64,000 nt of DNA from an uncultured bacterium (GTDB lineage Bacteria; Auribacterota; Erginobacteria; Erginobacterales; Erginobacteraceae), in NCBI GenBank assembly GCA_963822585.1, contig CAWGIE010000036.1:128001-192000 (forward strand). Direction: 5' to 3'. Numbering within the stretch: position 1 is the stretch's first letter; the number at the start of each line of letters is the position of its first letter. The position numbers and the translations under genes are program-made. This document shows, one piece after another, positions 52,992 to 63,142 of this stretch. The notes below the pieces were generated by a model. The model searched no databases, was not told the origin of the DNA, and was given only the letters and a program-made list of their open reading frames with translations.

Positions 52992-55169
52992 TTATACCCC
53001 TACCCCACTGGAACCGACCCGGCAAAGTTCATCGACGGTAAAGCTGACCTCGGTAGCGGCTATGAGCTGGGGCTGGGGGATCGGTTCCTCTTTTTTGCCC
53101 CCGGCAGCCAGGGCAAATTCCTTTAGCTCTTCCAGATGTCCTTTCCGGATTTTTCGGGATTTAATCCCTTTGCGACGGTCTCCCCGTATAGTCAGTTCTT
53201 TGAAGTCATCAATAACGATGACTTTCCCACCGCAATATATCTCCAGATACTCTTTCCCCCAGGAGCCGTGTCCCAGCGCAGTGTACATGAGGGAACAGAT
53301 GGAGCCATCATCGTATTTTAATTGGGCGGTAAAATTATCCGAGGAAGAAAGACTCCCGTCGCCTCTACCCGCACCCAGAACTTTGATTTCCCGCACCTCT
53401 GAATCAACAAAGAAGTTAAAGAGGTCGAACATATGACAGGCCTCGCCAATTATTCTTCCCCCTCCTTCCCGACTGTGTGTCCAGTGGTCCGGGAGCAGAA
53501 ATCCGGCATTAACTCGATAATTGATCATACGCGGGGAGCCGGTTCCGGAAAGGACTTCCCGGGCTCTGATCGCACACGGGGAAAACCGCCGATTAAAGCC
53601 GACCATGAAGGGGAGGCGGCTGTCTCCTATTACTCCGATCAGTTCCTCCAGTTCTCTCCGGTTAACCGCCATCGGTTTCTCCAATAACACCGCTTTCCCG
53701 GCCTTGAGGGATTCGATAGCCAGAGAAGCATGGAGATTATGGCGTGTGGCTATAATCACCATGTCCACTTCCTGATCGGCAAGGACTTGCCGATAATCGG
53801 TCGTACAGTATTCGGCCCCGAATTGCCGGGCTGCCTGGTTGCTTCTCGTCCCCGAGATATCGGCCACCGCCTTGAGCGATATCAGCTCCGGCAATTTCTT
53901 GATATTGGGCAGATGAACTGCCCGGGCAAAACTTCCGGCCCCGATAACGGCAACCTGGATAATACCGGTCTTTTTCAGCCCGGGCCCTCTCAATTGAATC
54001 CTGTGCTCTTCACCAGTCGTAAGGGCACCGGTTGTTTCCTTTTTGGCGGCAGGGTAAAAAATCAGGTTGGCGAGATTCTCTTTCCCCTCTTCGGCAAGGT
54101 CCTGGTAAGCCCCGGCAGCTTCACTAAGAGGATATTCACCGGTTATCAGAGGGTTGCACTGTATCTTGCTTTCTGATATGAGCCGCAGATATTCCTCCAT
54201 GTTGCGATTCTCTGTCCAGCGGACATAGGCGAACGGGTAATCGCGACCGTTAATCTCATAGATCGGGTCATATCTTCCCGGGCCGTAGGAGCAGGAGATC
54301 AGGAGGTCTATTTCTTTTTCATAGAAGGGCTTCCGTCGCACTTGCATACCCACCTCACCGACTATTACCACTCTCCCCTTCTTCCTGGTCATCTCCATGG
54401 CCTGCTGCAGAGGCAGGTGACTCCCGGTGGCGGCGCAGATGACGGTAACGTCGGTTCCCCGGCCGTAAGTGAGTCTCAATGCTTCAGAAACCGGATCGGC
54501 TTCGTTAATGTTAAAACTATGCTCCATACCCAGCGTCCCGGCCAGTGCTACCCGGCTCTTTTTTTGATCGAAGCCGATGACTCGGCAGCCCGAGTTTTTC
54601 AATAGTTGCGCGGTGAGCTGCCCGAGCAGACCGAGGCCGATAACTGCTACGGTCTCACCCAATTGTACCCCGGCCCTTCTTATCCCCTGTAAGGCAATCG
54701 AGCCCACCGCAACTGACGCCGCCTCTTTCAGACTTAGGCCAGCAGGAACCGTAACGACCAGATTTCGGGGGACAGATACGAATTCAGCGTGGGAGGCGAT
54801 GCCGGCCCCGGCGCAAGCCACTTTTACACCCGGGCTCAAATCTTCAATATCTCGGGCGCATTCGACTACAATACCGGAGCAGCTATAACCCGGATACACT
54901 TCCGAGCTTTCTCGATCAACGGCTTTTGTCCTGGCCACCGCTTCCGCCACTCCTCCGGCTTTCACCATTTTTAATGCTTTTTGAACTTTCTCGGGTTGGT
55001 TGAGCGCTTTTTTCCAGATAGGCTGACCGGAGACCAGGAGATTACTCAACTCAGTCCCCGTTGAAATCAGAGAATACTGTACCTGCACGAGAACGGTTCC
55101 CGGTTGGAGGACCGGAACAGGCACATCAATAACGGAGACCTTTCCTTGGTTAAAAAAAACCTGCTTCAT
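52992..55169 (-). CDS. Bi-domain oxidoreductase (Zn-ADH-like + Gfo/Idh/MocA)
   Basis: SLISTGTE, GYSCSG, SCSYGPGRYD, RWTENRNM, EKPMA, GFNRRF, GGRIIGEACH. Confidence 0.92.
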   Translation of the reverse strand: MKQVFFNQGKVSVIDVPVPVLQPGTVLVQVQYSLISTGTELSNLLVSGQPIWKKALNQPEKVQKALKMVKAGGVAEAVARTKAVDRESSEVYPGYSCSGIVVECARDIEDLSPGVKVACAGAGIASHAEFVSVPRNLVVTVPAGLSLKEAASVAVGSIALQGIRRAGVQLGETVAVIGLGLLGQLTAQLLKNSGCRVIGFDQKKSRVALAGTLGMEHSFNINEADPVSEALRLTYGRGTDVTVICAATGSHLPLQQAMEMTRKKGRVVIVGEVGMQVRRKPFYEKEIDLLISCSYGPGRYDPIYEINGRDYPFAYVRWTENRNMEEYLRLISESKIQCNPLITGEYPLSEAAGAYQDLAEEGKENLANLIFYPAAKKETTGALTTGEEHRIQLRGPGLKKTGIIQVAVIGAGSFARAVHLPNIKKLPELISLKAVADISGTRSNQAARQFGAEYCTTDYRQVLADQEVDMVIIATRHNLHASLAIESLKAGKAVLLEKPMAVNRRELEELIGVIGDSRLPFMVGFNRRFSPCAIRAREVLSGTGSPRMINYRVNAGFLLPDHWTHSREGGGRIIGEACHMFDLFNFFVDSEVREIKVLGAGRGDGSLSSSDNFTAQLKYDDGSICSLMYTALGHGSWGKEYLEIYCGGKVIVIDDFKELTIRGDRRKGIKSRKIRKGHLEELKEFALAAGGKKEEPIPQPQLIAATEVSFTVDELCRVGSSGVGV

Positions 55170-55241
55170 GGGAAAAAAGGGTACGGGATAGTTCTGGGGA
55201 GATATCAGGCTCTCTACAGATATATTTCTTCCTGAAAGGAA

Positions 55242-55805
55242 TTAAAAAAAGCTTTGCGGGACGGTTATAATGTCACCCGGCTGAATTTCGATATCTTCTT
55301 CTTTGCCTTTTTGAATCTTCGAAATATCTATTTCTATTTTCTTGCTCTCGGAATTCTTCCCCCGCAGGATATAGACACTGCCCTTGGCCGCGTAATCGGC
55401 AAAACCCCCGGCCATGGAGATAGCCTTGAGGACGGTCATATCCCCCTCCAGATCATATGAACCCGGTTCCTTGACCTCTCCCAGCACAAAAAATTTCTTT
55501 TTCTGTATCTTGACCGAGACAGAGGGGTCTTTGATGTAATCCGCGCCCCAGAGTCCGGTGAGTTTTGTTTCTATCTCCTGTGAGGTCAACTCGGTCACCT
55601 GGACTGTCCCCAGCAGAGGAAGATTTATGTTCCCGTCTTTATCCACTTCCAAGACGGTGTCCAGATCCGGATGTCTCCAGACTTTTATCTCCAGGACATC
55701 TCGCGGCTGAACCAGATAGGATTTGTATTGCGGGGATCCGTCCGCGGCGGAGGCAAGCAGAAAAATGCCAATGAGAAAATAATAAACTTTTCTATATATA
55801 CTCAT
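55242..55805 (-). CDS. Polysaccharide export protein (Wza/SLBB-type)
   Basis: Signal peptide from MSIYRK; DG.INLPLLG, VLGEVKEPGSY, MAGGF, IQPGDIITVP. Confidence 0.9.
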   Translation of the reverse strand: MSIYRKVYYFLIGIFLLASAADGSPQYKSYLVQPRDVLEIKVWRHPDLDTVLEVDKDGNINLPLLGTVQVTELTSQEIETKLTGLWGADYIKDPSVSVKIQKKKFFVLGEVKEPGSYDLEGDMTVLKAISMAGGFADYAAKGSVYILRGKNSESKKIEIDISKIQKGKEEDIEIQPGDIITVPQSFF

Positions 55806-55815
55806 CGTATACAGA

Positions 55816-57876
55816 TCAAGCAGGTTTTTCCGCCCTCGGGCGGAAACCTGGTTCTTCATCCTTCTCGTACTGATAATATCGGTAATACATCTCTCCCCCC
55901 GTAAAATCAACCTTGTTGATAACCACGCCCAGAATCTTCGCCCCGGTGGTCTCCAGTTGCTGTTTGGCCTGGAGTACCATCGTGCGGGGGTAATGATTGG
56001 GTTCCACAACGAGTAATACTCCTTCCGCCGCCTCCGCCAGGTAAAAAGTATCGCTGATTCCCAATATTCGGGGCGAATCAAAAAGGATGATATCGTAACC
56101 GCCCTCTACATCCTTTAAAAATTTCCTGATCGTTTCCGAGTTAAGGAGGATGACCCCCTTCTCATAATCACTGCCGGTGGTGATGACATCCAGATTTTCT
56201 ATATTCCGGGCATTTCTATGCAGAACCTCTCCCAGGCTCAGCCGCTGGGCAAGAAGATCGACCAATCCCGTTTCGTTGGGAAGTTTTAACAGCTTATGAA
56301 TCCCGGGCCGGCGAAAATCAGGGTCGACAATTAAAACTTTATCCCCCATCTTCGCCATGCAGATTGCCAGATTCACCAGGGTAAAACTCTTCCCTTCCCC
56401 CTTCCCCGTGCTGGTCACCAGGAAGGTCGTATACTTCTTTTTCGGATTGCAGAAGTGGACATACGCCCTGAGCATCCGGTAGGGGTCGAGATGGGCGGCA
56501 TCCTGCTCTCCCTCTACCAGCAGGGGAGTGTCTTTAGCGATAACGGACAGGATCGGCAAATTGAGGACCCTCTTCACTTCTGAAATTGAATCCAGGCCCT
56601 GGTTAAGATAATCGAAGAAAAAAGCTATTACAATACCGCTCACCAGCCCCATCAATACCCCCAAAGAAATATTCATCTTTTTGTTCGGCTTGATGGGAAA
56701 TTTGGGGACGAGCGCGGGTTCGATAATTTCAAGTCCGATTTCGGGAAGACTTTGTGTCGCGGTCTCCTCCTCAATCCGGGCCTGCAACGCCAACAAAACA
56801 GCCCGGTTGGTCTCGACCTGACTTTTTAGATGTATATATTCGAGACGATTCTCGCCCTGTAAAAAATCTTCCAGCTTGATAAGCCCCAGAGCTTCCTGCA
56901 AACCTTCTTCTTCTTTCAGTTTCTTTTGATATTCCACCTCCAGGCCTTGAACTATCCCCTGGGCAAGTTTTTGCAAACTATCCTGGGTTTGGTTTATGCG
57001 GGCTTTGATCTCCAGTATAGCCGGGTGTTTCGGCTGATATTTTTCCTGAAGCTCCGCCAGTTCAGCCTTGTCATCATCCAGCTTATTGCGCAGATTTTGA
57101 AAATGCAGGTTGTCCTCCATTACGGCCAGGGCGGCTATCCGCTCTTCGGAGGGGAGTTTCTTCAACGATTCCAGCTGTCCTTTCTGGGCGAGCCTTTCTG
57201 TTTTCGCCGAAATATAGGCGCGGTTGAACTCGGCCAGGTTTTGTTCATCTATTACCCTGTCCCCGATGAAGATCAGCTCCTTCTCCCTTTTAAAGGCATC
57301 CAAGTCTGATTCTGATTTTTTGAGTATTTCCCGGTTGGCTTCGAGCTGGACACGAAGAATCCCGATGGCTCCTCCCAGATTCTGGCCTCTGACCTGCTCC
57401 CTCTGTTCGACAAAGACCGAGGCAATCGAATTTACGATTTCGGCAGCCAGAACCGGGTCGGAATCTTCATACGATATAACCAGAATATTAGCAGGGGGGA
57501 TGTGCTCGACTTTCAGGTGATTGTCCAGATTCTTCAACGCCCTGTAGTCCCGGTCAGGGGAATTCGGATACCATTTTTCCGCCAGATGGAGTTTAGACAT
57601 TACTTTTTCCAGAATAGGATCACTGGAGATCATTTCCGCCTGGGTCCTGATATGCCTGACCGGATCGAACGTCGAAATGGATTCATACTGCGGGAAGACT
57701 GATATCTCCGGACGATCTTTTTCCACCAGCATTTTGGCCCGCGCCTGGTATACAACCGGTTGCTTCAGTGTTATCACCGTCACCACAGTGGTGACGAGGC
57801 CGGTCATCGCGAGAATAATGCCCCACCTCCTGCGCAGTATTCTCCGGTAATCAGCTATGTGAACTTTTTCCATCAT
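55816..57876 (-). CDS. Wzc/GumC-like polysaccharide co-polymerase, tyrosine autokinase
   Basis: Two TMs, coiled coils with KHPAI, GKGEGKS, C-terminal YYRYYQY. Confidence 0.93.
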   Translation of the reverse strand: MMEKVHIADYRRILRRRWGIILAMTGLVTTVVTVITLKQPVVYQARAKMLVEKDRPEISVFPQYESISTFDPVRHIRTQAEMISSDPILEKVMSKLHLAEKWYPNSPDRDYRALKNLDNHLKVEHIPPANILVISYEDSDPVLAAEIVNSIASVFVEQREQVRGQNLGGAIGILRVQLEANREILKKSESDLDAFKREKELIFIGDRVIDEQNLAEFNRAYISAKTERLAQKGQLESLKKLPSEERIAALAVMEDNLHFQNLRNKLDDDKAELAELQEKYQPKHPAILEIKARINQTQDSLQKLAQGIVQGLEVEYQKKLKEEEGLQEALGLIKLEDFLQGENRLEYIHLKSQVETNRAVLLALQARIEEETATQSLPEIGLEIIEPALVPKFPIKPNKKMNISLGVLMGLVSGIVIAFFFDYLNQGLDSISEVKRVLNLPILSVIAKDTPLLVEGEQDAAHLDPYRMLRAYVHFCNPKKKYTTFLVTSTGKGEGKSFTLVNLAICMAKMGDKVLIVDPDFRRPGIHKLLKLPNETGLVDLLAQRLSLGEVLHRNARNIENLDVITTGSDYEKGVILLNSETIRKFLKDVEGGYDIILFDSPRILGISDTFYLAEAAEGVLLVVEPNHYPRTMVLQAKQQLETTGAKILGVVINKVDFTGGEMYYRYYQYEKDEEPGFRPRAEKPA

Positions 57877-58131
57877 TACCCCGATAGGTTCTTAACCCGA
57901 TTTATTCATAAATCGTGTTAGTTTTGACCCATGACAAGGATTAAATGAACAGACGCACGAAAAGATCTTCATTTAATCAAATTCTCCGGCAATGAATTAC
58001 AGATAGAGGTCCACTTCTGCCGGCAGCGTTAACAGAAAGAATAACACGTTGTCCTTGCGGAAAAGAAAAAGCAGAGTGCTGTCGCCGTATAAACAAGATT
58101 GCTATTCATATATACATTGAACGAGAATTAA

Positions 58132-58182
58132 TAACCTGGATTATTCATGAAAATTGAAAATTTTCATGAATAATCCAGGTTA
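58132..58182. repeat. 51-bp palindromic MITE-like element, copy 2
   Basis: Reverse complement of 6864-6914; terminal TTA is the stop of the adjacent gene. Confidence 0.85.
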
Positions 58183-59391
58183 AAGCACTAGATTGATTCT
58201 TGCGTACACCTGATTGCGCCGATACGATGCATCCACGAAGTCACTGTTATTATCGGTACGGATATAACCGACTTCAAGGAATAAATCCTTTTGCGCTTCA
58301 TACGTTACACTGAGGATGTTTTTCAGATATTTTTCTTGGGCCGAGACCTGTTCTCCATCTTGCGATAAGCTGGCGGGGAAATTGGCCAATTCAGCGGATG
58401 AGGATAGAGTCAAAAATAACCGGGGAGAGATATGGACTGTCGCTTGCGCATTAATACCTTGCCCCTGATAGCCCAGATAGCTTAATTCGAACGTATCCTC
58501 TATCTTGTACCAGTACTTAAAATCGATTTCAAGAACCTGGCTGAGCAGTATCAAAACATCAGCCCCTGCGTAGGGACTTGTCAGTCTTCTCCCTGCTTTA
58601 TAATATCGACTCTCGTACCCTCCCTTCAATGTGGCAATCAGATCTTTTCCCAACCGATACTCCACTTCCAGCGCCAGCAGGTGAGACTGATAATCTGAAT
58701 CATACGTATCATAATCGTTCACCCGATAGCGATAATAGCATTCCAATTTATTACTCGGACTTTGTTGATAGCGAAAATGAGCCTCTCCATTATTGCTCCA
58801 GTAATCAAGGCCGGCGAGGCCGGATTCTTTATCGTATTCATCTCTCTCGTTACGATATTTCAAGAAAATAATGTATTTCCTGGTCAGATTATGGGTATAG
58901 GCTAATGTGAGATGATTGCGGTTATAGTCGGCATTGCGTTGCGTCGGCGCCGCCGCCGGCCGTATATCTTCCGGGTCCTCTTTTCTGATGAATAAATCTT
59001 CCAATCCTATGTTGTCGCGGGGAGTAAAATTTTGTTGAATATTAAGCATCGCATGCTGGTTAAGGTCCAGTACATCGTCTCTCGTCCAGTAAACAATAAA
59101 CGTCGGGGTGTATGCTAAACGGAAATAGGTCTGGTCACCGGGGAATTCAAGCTGCACGGTAGGAGCTAGATATGTCTTCCAACTTCCCTCTTTAGGATCA
59201 TCCGGTTCTAAGCCAATGTTATCGTCATATTCCTGAACAACCCGAACGGATGGTTTAAGCGCGTCATCCTTGTCGAAGAAGCGATTCATCGCGGAGGTAA
59301 AAAAGGCATCCTCCTCGATTACCTGCGCCGGTAACGGCATCCCGATCAGGAGCAAAATCAGACTTCCCAGCGGAATTATTATTATTCTCAT
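58180..59391 (-). CDS. Outer-membrane beta-barrel protein associated with exopolysaccharide export
   Basis: Signal peptide, EYDDNI, alternating aromatic strands, C-terminal SYRRNQV; location before wzc/wza. Confidence 0.8.
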   Translation of the reverse strand: MRIIIIPLGSLILLLIGMPLPAQVIEEDAFFTSAMNRFFDKDDALKPSVRVVQEYDDNIGLEPDDPKEGSWKTYLAPTVQLEFPGDQTYFRLAYTPTFIVYWTRDDVLDLNQHAMLNIQQNFTPRDNIGLEDLFIRKEDPEDIRPAAAPTQRNADYNRNHLTLAYTHNLTRKYIIFLKYRNERDEYDKESGLAGLDYWSNNGEAHFRYQQSPSNKLECYYRYRVNDYDTYDSDYQSHLLALEVEYRLGKDLIATLKGGYESRYYKAGRRLTSPYAGADVLILLSQVLEIDFKYWYKIEDTFELSYLGYQGQGINAQATVHISPRLFLTLSSSAELANFPASLSQDGEQVSAQEKYLKNILSVTYEAQKDLFLEVGYIRTDNNSDFVDASYRRNQVYARINLVL

Positions 59392-59474
59392 ACTTATACT
59401 CTTATTTTTAATATCGTCAAGAATAATAATCGATGCTCCGCCTTTTTACAAGGAATGATAACGCACACTGGCCG

Positions 59475-60536
59475 TCACCGGGCCGGATCGGGAGAGGGCG
59501 GGAAAATCAAGCGAAGAGCGGTTCTCTCATTCCCTTCGATCACTGAAAAATCGGCCCGGTGCAGTCGAGCGGCATGTCTGACGTATTCTATAAAAAGGAG
59601 ATCGCGATGGCTATCGGCCGCGCCTGGGCCGTCCCTCAGGGCGATCTCTTTTTCCCATACCGTCTTAAAGCGCCCCCTGGCTCCAACCGTAAAGATAATA
59701 CCCTCGTTATTTTCAACAGCCCCGATCGTTATCGGCAAACCGGCGGGTAGATGATGGTCAATAAATCGGACCTGGTAATAGAGGGCGCGGCCCAGGCTGT
59801 TCCGGTCGCATGGCAGCTCCATCGATCCCGGGGAGAAAAGTTTTACCTCCCGGGGGACGGTCTCCAGATAGCCGCGCAGATCTTCCATGATCCCCTCGAG
59901 TCTCTCGGTCTTTTCGGGCGCCCGCAGTTCCCGGCTATAGAATACCAGCACCTCGGTGAGATCCAGAAATAATGTCCGGAGGTTGCCCGCGGCTTTCAGG
60001 ATGGTTCCCGTCTGATGTTCAAGTTCCCGGTTCCGAAACGCGGAGTGCATGGCGAGGATCTCCACCCCGGCCGTCACGCTGGTGAGGAGATTGGCCATGT
60101 CGTGTTCCAGCACGGAAAGAATCAGTTTCTGATTGCTGAAAAAGCGCTCGAGCAATAGGTGGTAGTTCACGAGAGTGTCGATCTGGATGAAAATGAAGTC
60201 GGTGGTGGCCTGCTTCGATATGAACGACTGAGCGCCGGCATGGAACGCTGCCTGCATATTTTCCATCGATGGATCAACCCCGGTGAAGAAAGCGATCGGG
60301 ACCGGATCGAACCGGCGCTGGTCCCGGAGTTTACGGCAAAGGGTCAGGCCATCCATGCCGGGCATCAGCCAATCGATGATAAAGAGAGAGGGATCGAGTT
60401 GATCGAGCGTCTTCAGCAGGCTCCTCCCGGAATCGAAAGTACACACGGCGTACCGTTGTTCCAGCCGCTGCCTGTAGGAGGAACGGATGTCTTCCTCATC
60501 GTCCACCAGGATAATTAAATGCTTTTCCGGGTCCAT
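59475..60536 (-). CDS. Response regulator with HisKA-like segment and degenerate ATPase domain
   Basis: LVDDE..DWLMPGMDG; LEHDMANLL; no N/G boxes recognisable. Confidence 0.8.
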   Translation of the reverse strand: MDPEKHLIILVDDEEDIRSSYRQRLEQRYAVCTFDSGRSLLKTLDQLDPSLFIIDWLMPGMDGLTLCRKLRDQRRFDPVPIAFFTGVDPSMENMQAAFHAGAQSFISKQATTDFIFIQIDTLVNYHLLLERFFSNQKLILSVLEHDMANLLTSVTAGVEILAMHSAFRNRELEHQTGTILKAAGNLRTLFLDLTEVLVFYSRELRAPEKTERLEGIMEDLRGYLETVPREVKLFSPGSMELPCDRNSLGRALYYQVRFIDHHLPAGLPITIGAVENNEGIIFTVGARGRFKTVWEKEIALRDGPGAADSHRDLLFIEYVRHAARLHRADFSVIEGNERTALRLIFPPSPDPAR

Positions 60537-60542
60537 ATAAAT

Positions 60543-60750
60543 TAGCTCCCTTCAGTCGCTAATTTATGCAGGATCGTCCTTCACTCCGCTCAGGACTTGT
60601 AGGAGATGTAGTAAATGTAGTATCGCCTTGCCGGAGGCAAGGCTTGCTGAACCGCAAGCGAAGCGATCCTACAATTCCTACAAAGAATGCCGAAGGCATT
60701 CTGATCCTACAAGTACTGTCGCGAAAGCGAAAGGACGATACTACACTGCA
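60543..60750. repeat. Compound element: nonamer TGTAG/CTACA arrays with nested GC-rich hairpins
   Basis: TGTAGGAGA TGTAGTAAA TGTAGTATC ... GATCCTACA ATTCCTACA; GCCTTGCCGGAGGCAAGGC, GAATGCCGAAGGCATTC. Confidence 0.7.
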
Positions 60751-60786
60751 AGATTTCTCTTTTTCAAAAATTCCTAATAGTTCAAA

Positions 60787-61764
60787 TTACTGGATGATCC
60801 CTTTCTCGCGCAGGAATTTTGTCAGCTGCGCCGGGAGCCAGGGTTTCTGCAGCACCAGGTCGGCCCGGGGGGAGACCGGTCCCAGAAGTTTGGTGTGGCC
60901 GGAGATGATGACAACCAGGAAAGAACGTTTGTCCGGGGGAAATTCATCGGAAATCTCCGTCAGCCATTCACCGCCGGTCTTATTGCTTCCCCGTTTGTCC
61001 ACTCGCACGAATATATCGAGCGTTACCAGACGGATCGTGTCCAGGTGAGCCCGCAGGTATTTCTCAGCGTCGTCGATCGCGGAAACATGATGGCATTTCA
61101 ATCCCACGCTGCGAAAATAACTCATGGCAGTCGCCGCGCAGTGGATGTCGTCCTCGACCACCAGCACCTCGGGCGCCTGCGGCAGCTTCGAATGAGATCT
61201 CTCCTCGCGGATATAATTGTCAACGGTCTTGATCCCGGTTCGCACGTCGGAGAGCAGGAGTTTCGGAATCTGCATCAGGATATCAAGGGGGATGAAGAAC
61301 GGGGTGATCGACATGATGATCGCGACCGCGGGGATCATGGAGAGGGCGCCGGCGAAACCGGCTGCCACGTCAAGCCGCTCCACCTTTCCCAGTCCTCCCC
61401 AGTCCAGTACTTCCTTTCCAAGCGTGAAGAACATCGCCGCCGCGATGGCAATAAGAATCCCCGCCGCCAGCAGGGCCGGAATCCAGAGAAGCATCCGAGT
61501 CATCGAACCGCGGCCGCTTCCAACCAGGAGCACCCGGAGGATGATCCCCAGGTAGGCAAGATAGAATACGAACCCGGTGATGGCCTGGGCCGCCCGGTAA
61601 TGCTGCATGCCGTCAACGGTGCGGGGCAACGCCGGGAAAAGGTCCCAGGTCGATACGATCCCCAGAAGGGCGCCGGCGGCAATGAGCATGACCGCGGCAT
61701 GCGCCCAGGCCCGGGTTTTTCTCTTTGCCAGCCAGGCGGAAATTGATTTATGTTCATCCCTCAT
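60787..61764 (-). CDS. Four-TM membrane protein with C-terminal REC domain
   Basis: Four hydrophobic segments then VLVVEDD...LDIF...ISGH...QKPW. Confidence 0.8.
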   Translation of the reverse strand: MRDEHKSISAWLAKRKTRAWAHAAVMLIAAGALLGIVSTWDLFPALPRTVDGMQHYRAAQAITGFVFYLAYLGIILRVLLVGSGRGSMTRMLLWIPALLAAGILIAIAAAMFFTLGKEVLDWGGLGKVERLDVAAGFAGALSMIPAVAIIMSITPFFIPLDILMQIPKLLLSDVRTGIKTVDNYIREERSHSKLPQAPEVLVVEDDIHCAATAMSYFRSVGLKCHHVSAIDDAEKYLRAHLDTIRLVTLDIFVRVDKRGSNKTGGEWLTEISDEFPPDKRSFLVVIISGHTKLLGPVSPRADLVLQKPWLPAQLTKFLREKGIIQ

Positions 61765-61944
61765 AAATATTCCTGGCCGGGATTATAATATATCCTGGCG
61801 GGGAACGGCGAGGGCAAATTCCGGAGCTAAATCCCGGGATAATAGTCATCTCCCGACAAATTAACCGCGTAATTTATCCGGGCCGCAGAGGCGCGAAGAG
61901 CACAAAGAAGAATAAAAAATAACCGGCGAGACAAGCGACGGCAA

Positions 61945-62421
61945 TCAGGTCCCGGCCTCATCCGCCTCCCGGGAACGGTCCGGGGACATGTCATAGACCC
62001 GCTCCACATCCATCCTGATCAGAGCCTTAAGCGAGGGAAGCTGGAATTCCGACCTGCCGTGGGAAAAGCCTTTTCTCACGTTTTTGCTGATCCGACGTCC
62101 CAGGAGTCGGCTTTTTTTTGCCTGCCAATCAGCCTCCGCCTCCTTGAAAAGCGGGCCCGATTCGATGAGTTCCGCTCTCCCGATAAACTGGAAACCTCTA
62201 AATTCCTCAATACTGAAAACCAGTACGGATACCCGGGGGTTCCGCCTGATGTTCCGGAAGGTTTTTCCCCGGTAGAGATCGCTGAAATAGATACATCCTT
62301 CAGGGTCGACTTTCAGAAGCCCTTTCAGGGAGATGTTGGGAGAATCGTCGGGATTAACCGTTCCCACGATCACCACGTTCTGCCTGGTCAGCAACCGCTG
62401 CATGTCAGTCGTGATTTTCAT
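61945..62421 (-). CDS. Pyridoxamine 5'-phosphate oxidase-family FMN-binding protein
   Basis: GTVN.D.SPNISLKG, KTFRNI.RNPRVS, GFQF.GRA. Confidence 0.88.
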   Translation of the reverse strand: MKITTDMQRLLTRQNVVIVGTVNPDDSPNISLKGLLKVDPEGCIYFSDLYRGKTFRNIRRNPRVSVLVFSIEEFRGFQFIGRAELIESGPLFKEAEADWQAKKSRLLGRRISKNVRKGFSHGRSEFQLPSLKALIRMDVERVYDMSPDRSREADEAGT

Positions 62422-62452
62422 TATAAATTAGCTCGCTTCGCTCTGACTTTTT

Positions 62453-62541
62453 GCCACTAAGACACCAAGGCACCAAGAATAAAAATTAAGGTGAGTATTT
62501 TCCTTTTCCTTCTTTTCTCAGTGTCTTGGTGCCTTGGTGGC
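62453..62541. repeat. Head-to-head octamer arrays (CACCAAGG-type)
   Basis: GCCACTAAGACACCAAGGCACCAAG ... GTGTCTTGGTGCCTTGGTGGC; right arm encodes the last residues of the flavodoxin-family gene. Confidence 0.8.
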
Positions 62542-63102
62542 AAATTCCCTGCCGGACTGAAGAGCGTCGCTAAACGCGGTGGGATGGCGGAGGATATCTC
62601 CCGTCCGGCTGATCTTCCTAAAGAGCAGGCTCCCGGTCTGGCGGATGTTGAGCGGTTCCAGAAAATACTTGAGGGTCAAAAGAGAGCCCCGGAAAAGTTC
62701 CTTTCCTCCCGTCGCTCCCAAAAGCAGCGCGAACGCTTCACCGGAAGGGTGGACCGGCGGCCTCCCCAGCAGGTGCTTCCGGGCCCAGAGGGCCTGACAA
62801 CGGTCGATCAATGCCTTGAACTGGGCCGGCAGGCCATAAAAATAAATGGGAGCGGCTACAACGATCTTTTCGGCAGTCGTCAGCTTCGGATAAACGGCCT
62901 GCATCCCGTCATCAATGACGCATACCCCCGTCGTCTCGCAATCCAGACATTCCAAGCAGGGAGAGATGCTGAAGTCGCACACGGAAATCTTTTCATATTC
63001 CCCACCTTTTTCTTCTACCCCGGCCAGGAAAGCGTCAAGCAGCAGGTCTGAATTCCCCCCCTTTCTCGGGCTCCCCATTATTGCTAATACATCCATGATC
63101 AA
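62518..63102 (-). CDS. Flavodoxin-family iron-sulfur flavoprotein
   Basis: GSPRKGGNS, CLECLDC....C, APIYF..LPAQFKALIDR. Confidence 0.92.
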   Translation of the reverse strand: MIMDVLAIMGSPRKGGNSDLLLDAFLAGVEEKGGEYEKISVCDFSISPCLECLDCETTGVCVIDDGMQAVYPKLTTAEKIVVAAPIYFYGLPAQFKALIDRCQALWARKHLLGRPPVHPSGEAFALLLGATGGKELFRGSLLTLKYFLEPLNIRQTGSLLFRKISRTGDILRHPTAFSDALQSGREFATKAPRH

Positions 63103-63142
63103 GGTTATTGTAACCGGAACTTATTGGCTGGAAAGCGATTAA

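Noticed and set aside
55806..56081. N-terminal extension of the export protein
   Set aside because: Overlaps wzc in another frame; signal peptide begins at 55805.
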